36,217 nt of DNA, from NCBI GenBank assembly GCA_937900575.1, contig CALCEI010000167.1, forward strand, positions 1-36,217, read 5' to 3'. The stretch comes from an uncultured Clostridia bacterium. GTDB taxonomy: Bacteria; Bacillota; Clostridia; Christensenellales; UBA1242. Both the position numbers and the translations under genes were made by a program. Shown here one piece after another: positions 19,172 to 27,598 of the stretch. The notes beneath the pieces are model-generated. The model did no database searches. It saw nothing but the letters and a program-made list of their open reading frames with translations, and had not been told where the DNA came from. Every line of letters begins with the position of its first letter. Within the stretch, counting starts at the first letter, position 1.

Positions 19172-20206
19172 TTATTTTACATCTAACCCAAATTGTTTTA
19201 ACAATTTAAGGTTGCCACTGTTAAGTTCACGAATATCGTTTATTCCAAGGCTTATCATAACCATTCTATCCAACCCCAAACCGAAAGCACAACCACTGTA
19301 TTTTTCTGGGTCAATACCACCATTACGCAAAACTTGTGGGTGAATCATGCCACATGGGCAAAGTTCAATCCAACCACCATTTTTGCATGTTGAACAGCCT
19401 TTTCCATCGCAGAAAGGACAACTTACGTCCATTTCAAAACTTGGTTCTGTGAATGGGAAGAAACCAGGACGCAAACGCACTTCAAGGTCTTTTTTAAAGA
19501 TTTTTGAAAGCATTTCTTTCATAAAATAAATCAAATTGCCAACAGAAACATCTTTATCCACAATAACACCTTCAAGTTGGAAGAATGTGTTTTCGTGGCT
19601 TGCATCAACATTTTCGTTTCTGAAACACCTGCCAGGGAAAATTGCCCTGATTGGTGGATTGTAAGTTTTTAAAATTCTGTTTTGTGCTGCAGAAGTTTGA
19701 GTTTTAAGAACTTCACCATTATCAAGCCAAAAAGTATCTTGCATATCACGTGCTGGGTGATTTTCTGGCACATTAACTGTTGTAAAGTTATTGTATTCAG
19801 TTTCAACTTCATTTCCGTCTTCAACCACAAAACCCATAGAAACAAACACATCTTCAATTTGTTTTTGGATTATTGTGCGTGGGTGTAAACTGCCGGTGCA
19901 TTGCTTGTTTGGAAGGGTAATATCAATTTTTTCTGCACTATTTATTGCTTTTTGTAATTCTTCATTTGCCAAAAAAGTTTCTTTTGAAGCAATCATTTCT
20001 TCAACTTGACCCTTGCATGCGTTAAGCATTCTGCCAACTTCTTGTTTTTGCTCTGGCGCAACATCTTTCATAAAACGGAATAAACCCGTTACTTTTCCAC
20101 TTTTGCCAAGCATTTCAACACGCAAATTTTGGCAATCTGCCGTTGAACTAATTTTTTCTAACCTTTCTTTTGTTTCGGTTAAAATTTCATCAATTTTTTG
20201 TTGCAT
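19172..20206 (-). CDS. pheS: Phenylalanine--tRNA ligase alpha subunit
   Basis: 344 aa with class II aaRS motifs (HPARDMQDTFW, FPGRCFRNE, GLGLDRMVM). AAAGGAG SD. Confidence 0.95.
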   Translation of the reverse strand: MQQKIDEILTETKERLEKISSTADCQNLRVEMLGKSGKVTGLFRFMKDVAPEQKQEVGRMLNACKGQVEEMIASKETFLANEELQKAINSAEKIDITLPNKQCTGSLHPRTIIQKQIEDVFVSMGFVVEDGNEVETEYNNFTTVNVPENHPARDMQDTFWLDNGEVLKTQTSAAQNRILKTYNPPIRAIFPGRCFRNENVDASHENTFFQLEGVIVDKDVSVGNLIYFMKEMLSKIFKKDLEVRLRPGFFPFTEPSFEMDVSCPFCDGKGCSTCKNGGWIELCPCGMIHPQVLRNGGIDPEKYSGCAFGLGLDRMVMISLGINDIRELNSGNLKLLKQFGLDVK

Positions 20207-20214
20207 AGTTTTCT

Positions 20215-20486
20215 CCTTTAATTTTTCAACAAAAAACTCATCCTAAATTTTAGGACGAGTTGAGTTCCCGTGGTACCACCTAAGTTTGTTTGAATATCAA
20301 ACCTTGTTACATTTTTACAGTTTTGTCTGGCACATTTTCCTAATGTGCAACTCCAATGCTGAAATTCACAAGACCTTTGAACATAAGTGGCTTACAGCCC
20401 AGGGCCACTTTTCTCTTTCTGAAAAGGAAATGCTACTTAACACATCTTCACAGTTTTTGCATTAAATATGTTTTACATATTTGATA
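20215..20486 (-). promoter_or_regulatory. T-box riboswitch leader, Phe specifier (UUC), with intrinsic terminator
   Basis: On the minus strand: Stem-I elements (AGAAAGAGAA, GGGCUGUAAGCC); a specifier-loop AUG-UUC-A with UUC at 20381-20379; the T-box sequence UAGGUGGUACCACGGG (20283-20268); and the terminator CUCGUCCUA-aaauuu-UAGGAUGAG plus U6 (20260-20231), immediately before the pheS SD. Confidence 0.9.
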
Positions 20487-20492
20487 TTACTA

Positions 20493-20521
20493 ATCTTAAA
20501 TTAATTACAAATTTTTGTCAA
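20493..20521 (-). promoter_or_regulatory. Sigma-A-type promoter of the pheST T-box leader
   Basis: On the minus strand: TTGACA (20521-20516), 17 nt, TAAGAT (20498-20493). Confidence 0.6.
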
Positions 20522-20697
20522 GCGCTTTTTAAAAAGTTTTAAACAAGAAAAGTAAAATAAAAAAATATTTAGAAAAATAAATAAAAAATGCCAAAAAAAT
20601 ACAAAAAAATTACAAAAACACCCTTAAAACAAGTATTTTCTTAATTTTTTTAAATAATTTATTTTTTATTTTATGTTAAATTTTTTAAGGGTATATT

Positions 20698-22977
20698 ATG
20701 AAAACAAAATTTTCTTTAAAAAACATATTAAAATATACAACATTGCTTTTTGTGTGTTTTGTGTTAAGTTTGGCACAAGTTAGTGGGCTTTCGCCATTTG
20801 TTTATGCGTTTTTCTTTGCATGTCTGTTTGTTGGGGTAGATGAAAAATTGCTTGCAGTGTTTACACTGGGCTCGGCGTGGCTTGTAAATCCAAGTTTATC
20901 CACATTTTTTGTTGCATTAACTTTTGTTGCAACAGGACTTATTGTTTTTTACTTTTGCAAACTCATAAAAAAGAGATTCAACCTTGTTGCAACATTTTTA
21001 TCCTTTTTGGTGTCGTTTGCTACATATGTTTACTATTATTTTGCCGAAGTAGAACACCTTATTTATTATATTGTGCTTGGATTTGTCAGTTTGTGGGCAT
21101 TTATTGTGGTTTTACAGGTGTTGTTTTTAAGGAAAAATTGCTTTAAAATAACGCTTGACGAAAGCATTTGCTTTTTATATTTTATTGCCTTGCTTGGTGT
21201 TGGTTTGGGCAGTGTTAACATATACAAATTTGAACTTTATAGGCTTGTTTTGATGTTGGCTGTTTATGTGCTTATTTCGGTTGGAAATAGTACGTTAACT
21301 TACTCGGTAATTTTATCTTTTTTGGTTGGTGTTTCGGTTGGTAAATTTAGCCTTGTTCCTTTGGCTGAATTTGCCTTTGTTACAATGCTTTCTTCAGTGT
21401 TTAAAATGCCAAACAAAATAAAAATTGTTATAATGTCCTTTTTGACAGAAGCCTTTGTTCAACTTTACTTTTTCGGCTTTAATTTTGATGCACTTTATGC
21501 TTCAATTCCAATTTGGATTGCAGGCATTATATTTATGCTTTTACCAAACAAAATTCTAAACAAATTGGCAGATGTTGTTTATGTTAAAAACAGCGAAATT
21601 TCTTCCAGAAATGTTATTAACATTACAAGAAAAAATTTACATAAGCGCATGAGCGAATTAAGTAATGTGTTTTTGGAAATGAAGCAAATTCATTTAAACA
21701 TGGTTAAAAAAGATTTAACCAAAGATGAAATTATTGGCATGCTTTCTCGTGAAGTTTTAAGCAGTTGTTGCAAAGAATGTTTGGATAAAAATAAATGTAC
21801 AAGAACGTTAGGTTTGGAAAATAAATCTAACCTTGATGCAATAATAGAAACAGCTTTAACAAAGGGCAAAATTGGACTTTTAGATTTGCCTGCAAGTTTA
21901 ACCAGCAGATGTCCAAAAGTTAATTATTTGGTTAATTTAATTAACAGGTTAAGCGACGAATATAAGCAGTATAAAAATATGGTTGCAGACGTTAATAATG
22001 TAAAGATTTTGCTTGCAGACCAAATGGGAGCCGTGTCTCACCTTTTGCTTGATATTGGCGAAGAAATAAACACAAATGTATGTTTTGATGTGGAACGAGA
22101 AAATAAAATTATCAGTAGACTTTTAAGCCAAAACATAGAGTGCAAGGAAGTGCTTTTATACACAGAAAAGAATGATGATACAAGCGCAGTTTGTGTGGTA
22201 AGGAGTGAATGTGTAAATAATCCAAATATAGAAAAAATCATAACCGAAACACTTAAACTGCCAATGCAGATTACAAGTGTTGTTCCTGTTGAAAATGGGG
22301 ATTTTTCAACGGTTACTTTACGCATTAAATCAAAGTTTGATTGTGTGTTTGGTCTGGCAACTTGTTCTAAAGCTGGCAATGACGAATGTGGAGATTGTCA
22401 CAGCATAATTCGCCTTGGTTCTGACAAATTTTTGTTGGCACTTTGCGACGGCATGGGTAGTGGCTCAAAAGCACACGAAATGAGTGCCTTAACTTTAAAT
22501 TTAATTGAGAATTTTTATAAGGTTGGATTTGACAACGATGTGGTGCTGGAAAGTGTAAACAAACTTCTTGCAGTAAATAATCAAGAAACATATTCCACAT
22601 TGGACGTTTGCTTGCTTGACCTTAACAAAAGTTTGGCAGATTTCATTAAAGTTGGTGCACCTTTTGGTGTAATTAAACGCAACGGCAACATTGAAGTTGT
22701 GGAAGGCGGTGCACTGCCAATTGGTGCGCTGGATAACATAACACCGTCCATATACAAAACAACAATCTCAACAAAGGATATTATTATTATGGCAACGGAC
22801 GGCATAATTGATGCTTTTGGTTCACAAGAAAATTTGGTTGAATATGTTTCACGTCTTGTTTCAAATAATCCACAAACTCTTGCCGAAAGCATTTTAAACG
22901 AAGCTTTAACATTAAACGAAATGTCTGCGAAAGACGATATGACCGTGCTTGTTGCACGCACTTACTTGAAAAGTTAA
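20698..22977 (+). CDS. spoIIE: Stage II sporulation protein E (membrane PP2C phosphatase)
   Basis: 759 aa. About 10 N-terminal TM helices, a central regulatory region, and a C-terminal PP2C domain (GDCHSIIRLGSDKFLLALCDGMGSGSKAHEMSA ... IIMATDGIIDAF ... KDDMTVLVAR). spoIIE-tilS neighbourhood resembles the B. subtilis spoIIE...tilS region. Confidence 0.92.
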   Translation: MKTKFSLKNILKYTTLLFVCFVLSLAQVSGLSPFVYAFFFACLFVGVDEKLLAVFTLGSAWLVNPSLSTFFVALTFVATGLIVFYFCKLIKKRFNLVATFLSFLVSFATYVYYYFAEVEHLIYYIVLGFVSLWAFIVVLQVLFLRKNCFKITLDESICFLYFIALLGVGLGSVNIYKFELYRLVLMLAVYVLISVGNSTLTYSVILSFLVGVSVGKFSLVPLAEFAFVTMLSSVFKMPNKIKIVIMSFLTEAFVQLYFFGFNFDALYASIPIWIAGIIFMLLPNKILNKLADVVYVKNSEISSRNVINITRKNLHKRMSELSNVFLEMKQIHLNMVKKDLTKDEIIGMLSREVLSSCCKECLDKNKCTRTLGLENKSNLDAIIETALTKGKIGLLDLPASLTSRCPKVNYLVNLINRLSDEYKQYKNMVADVNNVKILLADQMGAVSHLLLDIGEEINTNVCFDVERENKIISRLLSQNIECKEVLLYTEKNDDTSAVCVVRSECVNNPNIEKIITETLKLPMQITSVVPVENGDFSTVTLRIKSKFDCVFGLATCSKAGNDECGDCHSIIRLGSDKFLLALCDGMGSGSKAHEMSALTLNLIENFYKVGFDNDVVLESVNKLLAVNNQETYSTLDVCLLDLNKSLADFIKVGAPFGVIKRNGNIEVVEGGALPIGALDNITPSIYKTTISTKDIIIMATDGIIDAFGSQENLVEYVSRLVSNNPQTLAESILNEALTLNEMSAKDDMTVLVARTYLKS

Positions 22978-22994
22978 AAATAAGTATTTTATGG

Positions 22995-23040
22995 ATTTGC
23001 CAATAAATTTTATTTGTTTTTGGCAAATTTTTCTTTTGCT
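22995..23040 (+). terminator. Possible terminator hairpin after spoIIE (large AT loop)
   Basis: ATTTGCCA (22995-23002) pairs with TGGCAAAT (23021-23028) across an 18-nt AT loop, followed by TTTTCTTTT. Confidence 0.4.
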
Positions 23041-23041
23041 A

Positions 23042-23070
23042 TTGCAATTTTGATGGTTTTGTTGTATAAT
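23042..23070 (+). promoter_or_regulatory. Sigma-A-type promoter of tilS
   Basis: TTGCAA (23042-23047), 17 nt, TATAAT (23065-23070). AGGAG SD at about 23083, ATG at 23094. Confidence 0.6.
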
Positions 23071-23093
23071 CTTGCTAGATTATAGGAGCAGAT

Positions 23094-24437
23094 ATGGAAA
23101 ACGTTTTAGAATTTATTAAACAAAACAACATGATTAAACCAGGAGAAATTGTTGGTGTGGCATGTTCTGGCGGTAGGGATAGCATCTGTTTGTTACACTA
23201 CCTTAATTCAATCAAAGCCGAACTTGATTGCGAAGTTATTGCAATTAATGTGGACCACGGCATTCGTGCAACAAGTGCGTTGGATACAGAATTTGTTATG
23301 AATTTCTGTAAGGACCACGGCATTCGTGCTTACAAATTTAAAGGTGAATCCTTAAAAGTTGCAAAAGAAGAAAAACTTACTGTTGAACAAGCAGCACGCA
23401 AAGTTAGATATGGCGTTTTTGCAACAGTTATGGAAAAGGGTTTAGTGGATAAAATTGCACTTGCGCATCATTTGAACGACCAAGCAGAAACAGTTTTGTT
23501 AAACATTATGCGTGGTGCAGGTTTAAGTGGAGCAAAAGGTATGGAACCCGTTAGAGATGGCGTTTACATTCGCCCATTCTTGAATACTCCAAGAGAAGAA
23601 ATTATGGCATACTTGGACGAAAATGGTTTGGACTATGTTGAAGACGAGACAAACCAAGATAACACTTATTCCAGAAATTACATTAGAAATATTGTTATGC
23701 CAGCATTAAGAAAACATTTTAAGAATGCAGATAAAAGCATAATCAACTTTTCAAACATCTGTCGTGTTGATGATACATTTATTACAAACAACATGAATAT
23801 TGGTGGGATTATTGAAACAAAAGATATTGTTAAAGTGCCACTTACATACTTCTATCAACACGAAGCAATTGTAAACCGTGTTTTGATGAATGTACTTGCA
23901 AAATTTAGCAAACAAGATATTGAACGTAAACACATCAAAATGTTGCGTGAATTTGCTTTGGAAGCAAACAACGGCAGTGTAATTAACTTGCCATTTAAAA
24001 TTAAAGCATGCAAGGAATATGATTACATCATTATTGGTGATGTAAAACGTAAAGAAGCAACAGGCAGTTATGCATTTAAGAGTGGAAAAATTGACATTGA
24101 AGGTTATGGTGTTATCCGTTCAACTTCAAGCAAAATTTACACCGAGCCAAAACCACATCAACACGTTGTTGACGCAGACAAATTGCCAACAACAGCAGTT
24201 TGGCGTTTCCGTAAAGAAGGCGACACCTTTGCACCACTTAATATGGGTGGAACAAAGAAGTTAAATGATTACTATATTGATAAAAAAGTGCCACAACGTA
24301 TGCGTGATGCAATACCTGTTCTTGCAGACGGTAGCAAAATTTTGGCAGTTGCAGATATTGAAATTGCCGACGAAGTTAAAGTTACAGAAAACACAATCCA
24401 CTTTTATAAAATCAATTACGAAAGGAATTACGTATAA
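23094..24437 (+). CDS. tilS: tRNA(Ile)-lysidine synthetase
   Basis: PP-loop motif VACSGGRDS near the N-terminus, a central TilS substrate domain, and a C-terminal domain (..RFRKEGDTFAPLNMGGTKKLNDYYIDKKVP) typical of long-form TilS. Confidence 0.9.
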   Translation: MENVLEFIKQNNMIKPGEIVGVACSGGRDSICLLHYLNSIKAELDCEVIAINVDHGIRATSALDTEFVMNFCKDHGIRAYKFKGESLKVAKEEKLTVEQAARKVRYGVFATVMEKGLVDKIALAHHLNDQAETVLLNIMRGAGLSGAKGMEPVRDGVYIRPFLNTPREEIMAYLDENGLDYVEDETNQDNTYSRNYIRNIVMPALRKHFKNADKSIINFSNICRVDDTFITNNMNIGGIIETKDIVKVPLTYFYQHEAIVNRVLMNVLAKFSKQDIERKHIKMLREFALEANNGSVINLPFKIKACKEYDYIIIGDVKRKEATGSYAFKSGKIDIEGYGVIRSTSSKIYTEPKPHQHVVDADKLPTTAVWRFRKEGDTFAPLNMGGTKKLNDYYIDKKVPQRMRDAIPVLADGSKILAVADIEIADEVKVTENTIHFYKINYERNYV

Positions 24438-24443
24438 CAAAAA

Positions 24444-24471
24444 AGCAGGCAGTGATGCCTGTTTTTTTTTT
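24444..24471. terminator. Bidirectional rho-independent terminator (tilS / acyltransferase)
   Basis: AAAAAG-CAGGCA-gtga-TGCCTG-TTTTTTTTTT, between the convergent stops at 24437 and 24470. Confidence 0.8.
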
Positions 24472-25249
24472 ACTGTTCTTTTTTAATGTACTTTATATAT
24501 TCATATGTGCTGAATTTGGATTTTTCCACCATAAAGTTATAAACTTCATCACGTAAAGCTTTTTGTCTTTCTTTTTCTGGCAAATCCAAGTTTGGATAAA
24601 TTGGGTTGCTTACATAAACTGTTACATTTGCGTGCCTTAAGAAACTTAAAAAGCCTTTTGGTTTAGAGTATGCCACAAAGAAGGCAACAACCGGAGAATT
24701 AAATTTTACAGGATACTTGAAAGACACGTCTTTAAATGGACGTATACCTGTATAGTATGGCCAGATGTGTGCTTCTGGATAAATTGTTATGTTGTTCTTT
24801 TTGTGCAATGTTTCAATCGCATTCAAGAATGGTGGGAAACCATTTAATTCTGTTGGTACAGGTACTGCGCCCAACATTTGAACAATGTTTTTTATTCCTT
24901 TTATGGAAACGGTTGCAGGGCTTACTATAATATAATTTTTTCTTGGACAAGAAATGAGTTGTGGTGTGTAAGCATCTGTTGCACCCGTGTGGTTGCCGTA
25001 CATAAAGTATGGAGTATGCTTTAATGATTTCAATGCCTTTTTGTTTACAAATTTAACTCTTAAAATGCAAACTTCATAAAACCAAATAATAGGGAAGGCA
25101 ATTATGTAGTATAAAATGAAAGCAAAAAAGCGCCAAATTGGGTTTTTGTGGATAAACTTGAAATCCTTGTTTACCTTTTTAAGTTTAACTTGGCCACCTG
25201 CAAAATCATCGTTAAGTTCGTCACTATAATAGATGGTTTTATTTTTCAT
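24470..25249 (-). CDS. Lysophospholipid (1-acyl-sn-glycerol-3-phosphate-type) acyltransferase family protein
   Basis: N-terminal TM segment, the NHx4D motif (YGNHTGATD) and a PE-type second motif (IYPEAHIW). Overlaps the upstream GT4 gene by 11 nt. Confidence 0.7.
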   Translation of the reverse strand: MKNKTIYYSDELNDDFAGGQVKLKKVNKDFKFIHKNPIWRFFAFILYYIIAFPIIWFYEVCILRVKFVNKKALKSLKHTPYFMYGNHTGATDAYTPQLISCPRKNYIIVSPATVSIKGIKNIVQMLGAVPVPTELNGFPPFLNAIETLHKKNNITIYPEAHIWPYYTGIRPFKDVSFKYPVKFNSPVVAFFVAYSKPKGFLSFLRHANVTVYVSNPIYPNLDLPEKERQKALRDEVYNFMVEKSKFSTYEYIKYIKKEQ

Positions 25250-26384
25250 TTGCTTTTTTTATTACCTCAACAAACATTTGTTCCATTTTGTCCATACATG
25301 TTTTTTGGTCAAAACCTTTCATATATTCCAAATTTCTTTGTTTGTATTCTTTCATTTCATCTTGGTGTTCAAACCAATAGTCAATAACACGTGCCAAATC
25401 TTTTGGTTTGTGCCATTTGAAGATGCATTTTTCATCTTTAACAAAAGATTTTGTTGCGCTTAACTTGGAATCTGATGCAATAACCATGTTTCCACAAGCC
25501 AATGCCTCCAAGAAGGCAATGCCTTCAATTTCAACTTGTCCAGCATGAACATACAAATCGGTGTAGTTCAACAAATCGCAAACACCTTGTCTGTCGAACA
25601 ATTTAAATATTGGATAAACAGGCAAATTTTTTGCCAATTTTCTATAGTATTTTTCTTTTACACCTTGTCCTGCCAAAATAATTTGGATATCGTTTGCGTG
25701 GGCAGAATACTTCATGGCTTTAAGCAGTGTGTCTTGCGTCTTTTCTTTTGCGTATCTGCCTGTCATTGTTATAATAAACTTATCTTTTAATTCTTCTGGT
25801 TTTTCCGTTGGTTTATAAACAAAATTATCATTTACACCATTAGAAACAACGTAACCATTTGTTTTATGTTTTACAATTTTTTCAAACCTATCTTGAATGA
25901 ATTGGCTTGGATAATGTATTGCGTCAACATGCTTGTAGATGTGCCTATAAATAAATTTATATATAAATGTATTTAATGGTGCCAATTTGTTCATTTTGAT
26001 GTATGCAGTAAAAATTTCTGCCATCATATGGAAACCTGCCGTTGTTGGTATGTTGTGTTTTTTTGCAATTTTTAATGCTGCCATACTTAATGGAAATGGA
26101 ATAAGTAAATGGACAACATCGCTTCCCACAATTGCACTTTCAATTATTTTTTTATCCACTTTTGCAAGTGTTACACCTGCTTTCTTTACATAGTTGTTTA
26201 AGGCTTTGCCCAAATTCAAATTTGGTACAACGTAAAAACCTTCTTGACCTTTTCTGTATTGGTCTGCACAGACAATTCTAACTTCATGACCTTTTTCCTT
26301 TAGTGCACGAATTAAGTTCATTGCTGCAATTGTTGTTCCGTTGTTCTCTTCACCAAGAACATCACAAACCATAGTGATAATCAT
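25239..26384 (-). CDS. GT4-family glycosyltransferase, diacylglycerol glycosyltransferase-like (glycolipid synthase candidate)
   Basis: N-terminus MVCDVLGEENNGTTIAAMNLIRALKEKGHEVRIV and the Ex7E motif (VEIEGIAFLEALACG) are typical of GT4/alMGS-like enzymes. AAGGAG SD. Confidence 0.75.
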   Translation of the reverse strand: MIITMVCDVLGEENNGTTIAAMNLIRALKEKGHEVRIVCADQYRKGQEGFYVVPNLNLGKALNNYVKKAGVTLAKVDKKIIESAIVGSDVVHLLIPFPLSMAALKIAKKHNIPTTAGFHMMAEIFTAYIKMNKLAPLNTFIYKFIYRHIYKHVDAIHYPSQFIQDRFEKIVKHKTNGYVVSNGVNDNFVYKPTEKPEELKDKFIITMTGRYAKEKTQDTLLKAMKYSAHANDIQIILAGQGVKEKYYRKLAKNLPVYPIFKLFDRQGVCDLLNYTDLYVHAGQVEIEGIAFLEALACGNMVIASDSKLSATKSFVKDEKCIFKWHKPKDLARVIDYWFEHQDEMKEYKQRNLEYMKGFDQKTCMDKMEQMFVEVIKKANEK

Positions 26385-26464
26385 TGTTTTCTCCTTAGTA
26401 TAAATCGATATAATTATAAATTATATATTGTAATGATAAATAATAACTTTCGAATTGCCAAGAG

Positions 26465-26529
26465 AAAAAAGCACTTTTCATTCTAAAGTTAAAGATAATT
26501 CTCTCTACTAGAAATAGAATAGTGCTTTT
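26465..26529 (-). terminator. Long imperfect hairpin plus U-run after the DAGK-like gene
   Basis: On the minus strand: AAAAGCACUAUUCUA ... UAGAAUGAAAAGUGC followed by UUUUUU (26470-26465). The outer stem GCACU/AGUGC and the inner stem AUUCUA/UAGAAU pair. Confidence 0.55.
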
Positions 26530-26593
26530 ATTCATCAAAAATATTGTATATTTTTGTCTGTTAAGGTTTTTGTCGTCAAAAGTAAAACAATTG

Positions 26594-27460
26594 TTACATG
26601 TAAATTTTAAGGCCTTTTTCTTTTACAATAACTTCAACTGCTGGGCAGTTTTCAACTTTACCATCAACAACTGCTTTTATTGTTCCATCTGGGCTTGTAA
26701 TCTTTAGGCTGTTTAACCAAACTTGTTTTGTTTTTTCATCATAAATTTGGTCGCCCGAAGAGTAGGCATTAAAGTATTTCTTTTTTTCTTCTTTTTGCAC
26801 ATCTGTACAATAGTTTAAATTACACAAACCATCTTGGACATTTGCAAGTGGACTTATGTGCTTACCGTGAAGTAAACCACCATTTGCAATGGATAAATCA
26901 AAAATTGTTTCGGTTTTTGGTTTGCCAGATTTTGTGTCTATTGTCAAATTTATTCCTTCAAATTTGTTGTAATATTTCATAGATGCATAAGTTTTAGTTA
27001 CAAAATTTTTAACCTTGTAAGAATTTACAATTTCAAACAGTTCTGCACTTGCACCAACAACAACGTTGTTTATTGCAAGTTTGTTGTTTACTGCCAAATA
27101 GTCCACACCAACGACATTTTTTTGCAAGATATTTTTAAGTGCAGAAATTGGTGAACTTGGAATTTCTAAATATGTTGCAAAATCATTTTTTGCACCCGAT
27201 GGTACAATGCCAAATTTAATTTTTGAAATATCAAAAACGGAATTTAAAAATTCGTGCAAAACAACATCATCACCAACTACAATAAATTCGGTTTCCAAAT
27301 TTGTTGTAAGTTCATCAACTGTTTTGCTGAAATCTTCAAAGGATTTAGAAAAATATACAGAATATTCTTGTTTTTCTGCTTTTAAATATTTAACAAGTTT
27401 TTTTGTTGTTGCGTCAGCATGGCTGTCATAAGCACATGGGCCAGATATAACATTAAACAT
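26594..27460 (-). CDS. Diacylglycerol/lipid kinase (DAGK_cat, YegS-like) family protein with degenerate GGDGT motif
   Basis: FGIVPSGAKNDFATYLEIPSSPISALKNIL matches the LGIIP.GTGNDFAR.LGIP..P motif. At the position of the nucleotide-binding GGDGT motif the protein reads VGDDV (FIVVGDDVVLHEFLN). Confidence 0.6.
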   Translation of the reverse strand: MFNVISGPCAYDSHADATTKKLVKYLKAEKQEYSVYFSKSFEDFSKTVDELTTNLETEFIVVGDDVVLHEFLNSVFDISKIKFGIVPSGAKNDFATYLEIPSSPISALKNILQKNVVGVDYLAVNNKLAINNVVVGASAELFEIVNSYKVKNFVTKTYASMKYYNKFEGINLTIDTKSGKPKTETIFDLSIANGGLLHGKHISPLANVQDGLCNLNYCTDVQKEEKKKYFNAYSSGDQIYDEKTKQVWLNSLKITSPDGTIKAVVDGKVENCPAVEVIVKEKGLKIYM

Positions 27461-27466
27461 ATTTAT

Positions 27467-27495
27467 AGTGTAACCAAATTTAGCAAAAATGTAAA
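27467..27495 (-). promoter_or_regulatory. Candidate promoter giving a leaderless transcript of the DAGK-like gene
   Basis: On the minus strand: TTTACA (27495-27490), 17 nt, TACACT (27472-27467). Only 6 nt (ATAAAT) separate the -10 from the ATG at 27460, and no SD is present. Confidence 0.35.
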
Positions 27496-27545
27496 CTCAT
27501 TTTTTGATTTTATATTAAATTTTATATTAATATAATTTTTAACGT

Positions 27546-27575
27546 TTGACAAAATGGATTTTTATTTTGTAAAAT
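27546..27575 (+). promoter_or_regulatory. Sigma-A-type promoter of rmuC
   Basis: TTGACA (27546-27551), 18 nt, TAAAAT (27570-27575). AAGGAG SD, ATG at 27599. Confidence 0.55.
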
Positions 27576-27598
27576 GCTTGTAAGTTAAGGAGAATTTT

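Noticed and set aside
20514-20521. TGTCAAG as a Spo0A (0A-box TGTCGAA-like) site upstream of spoIIE
   Set aside because: It matches only 5 of 7 positions. On the other strand it is the TTGACA -35 hexamer of the pheS T-box promoter, with a properly spaced -10.
6946-20904. Three perfect DnaA-box 9-mers (TTATCCACA at 6946-6954, 19554-19562 and 20896-20904) as a possible origin
   Set aside because: All three lie inside coding regions many kilobases apart. They are not clustered and not next to an AT-rich unwinding element or dnaA/dnaN, so they are consistent with chance or codon-driven occurrences.
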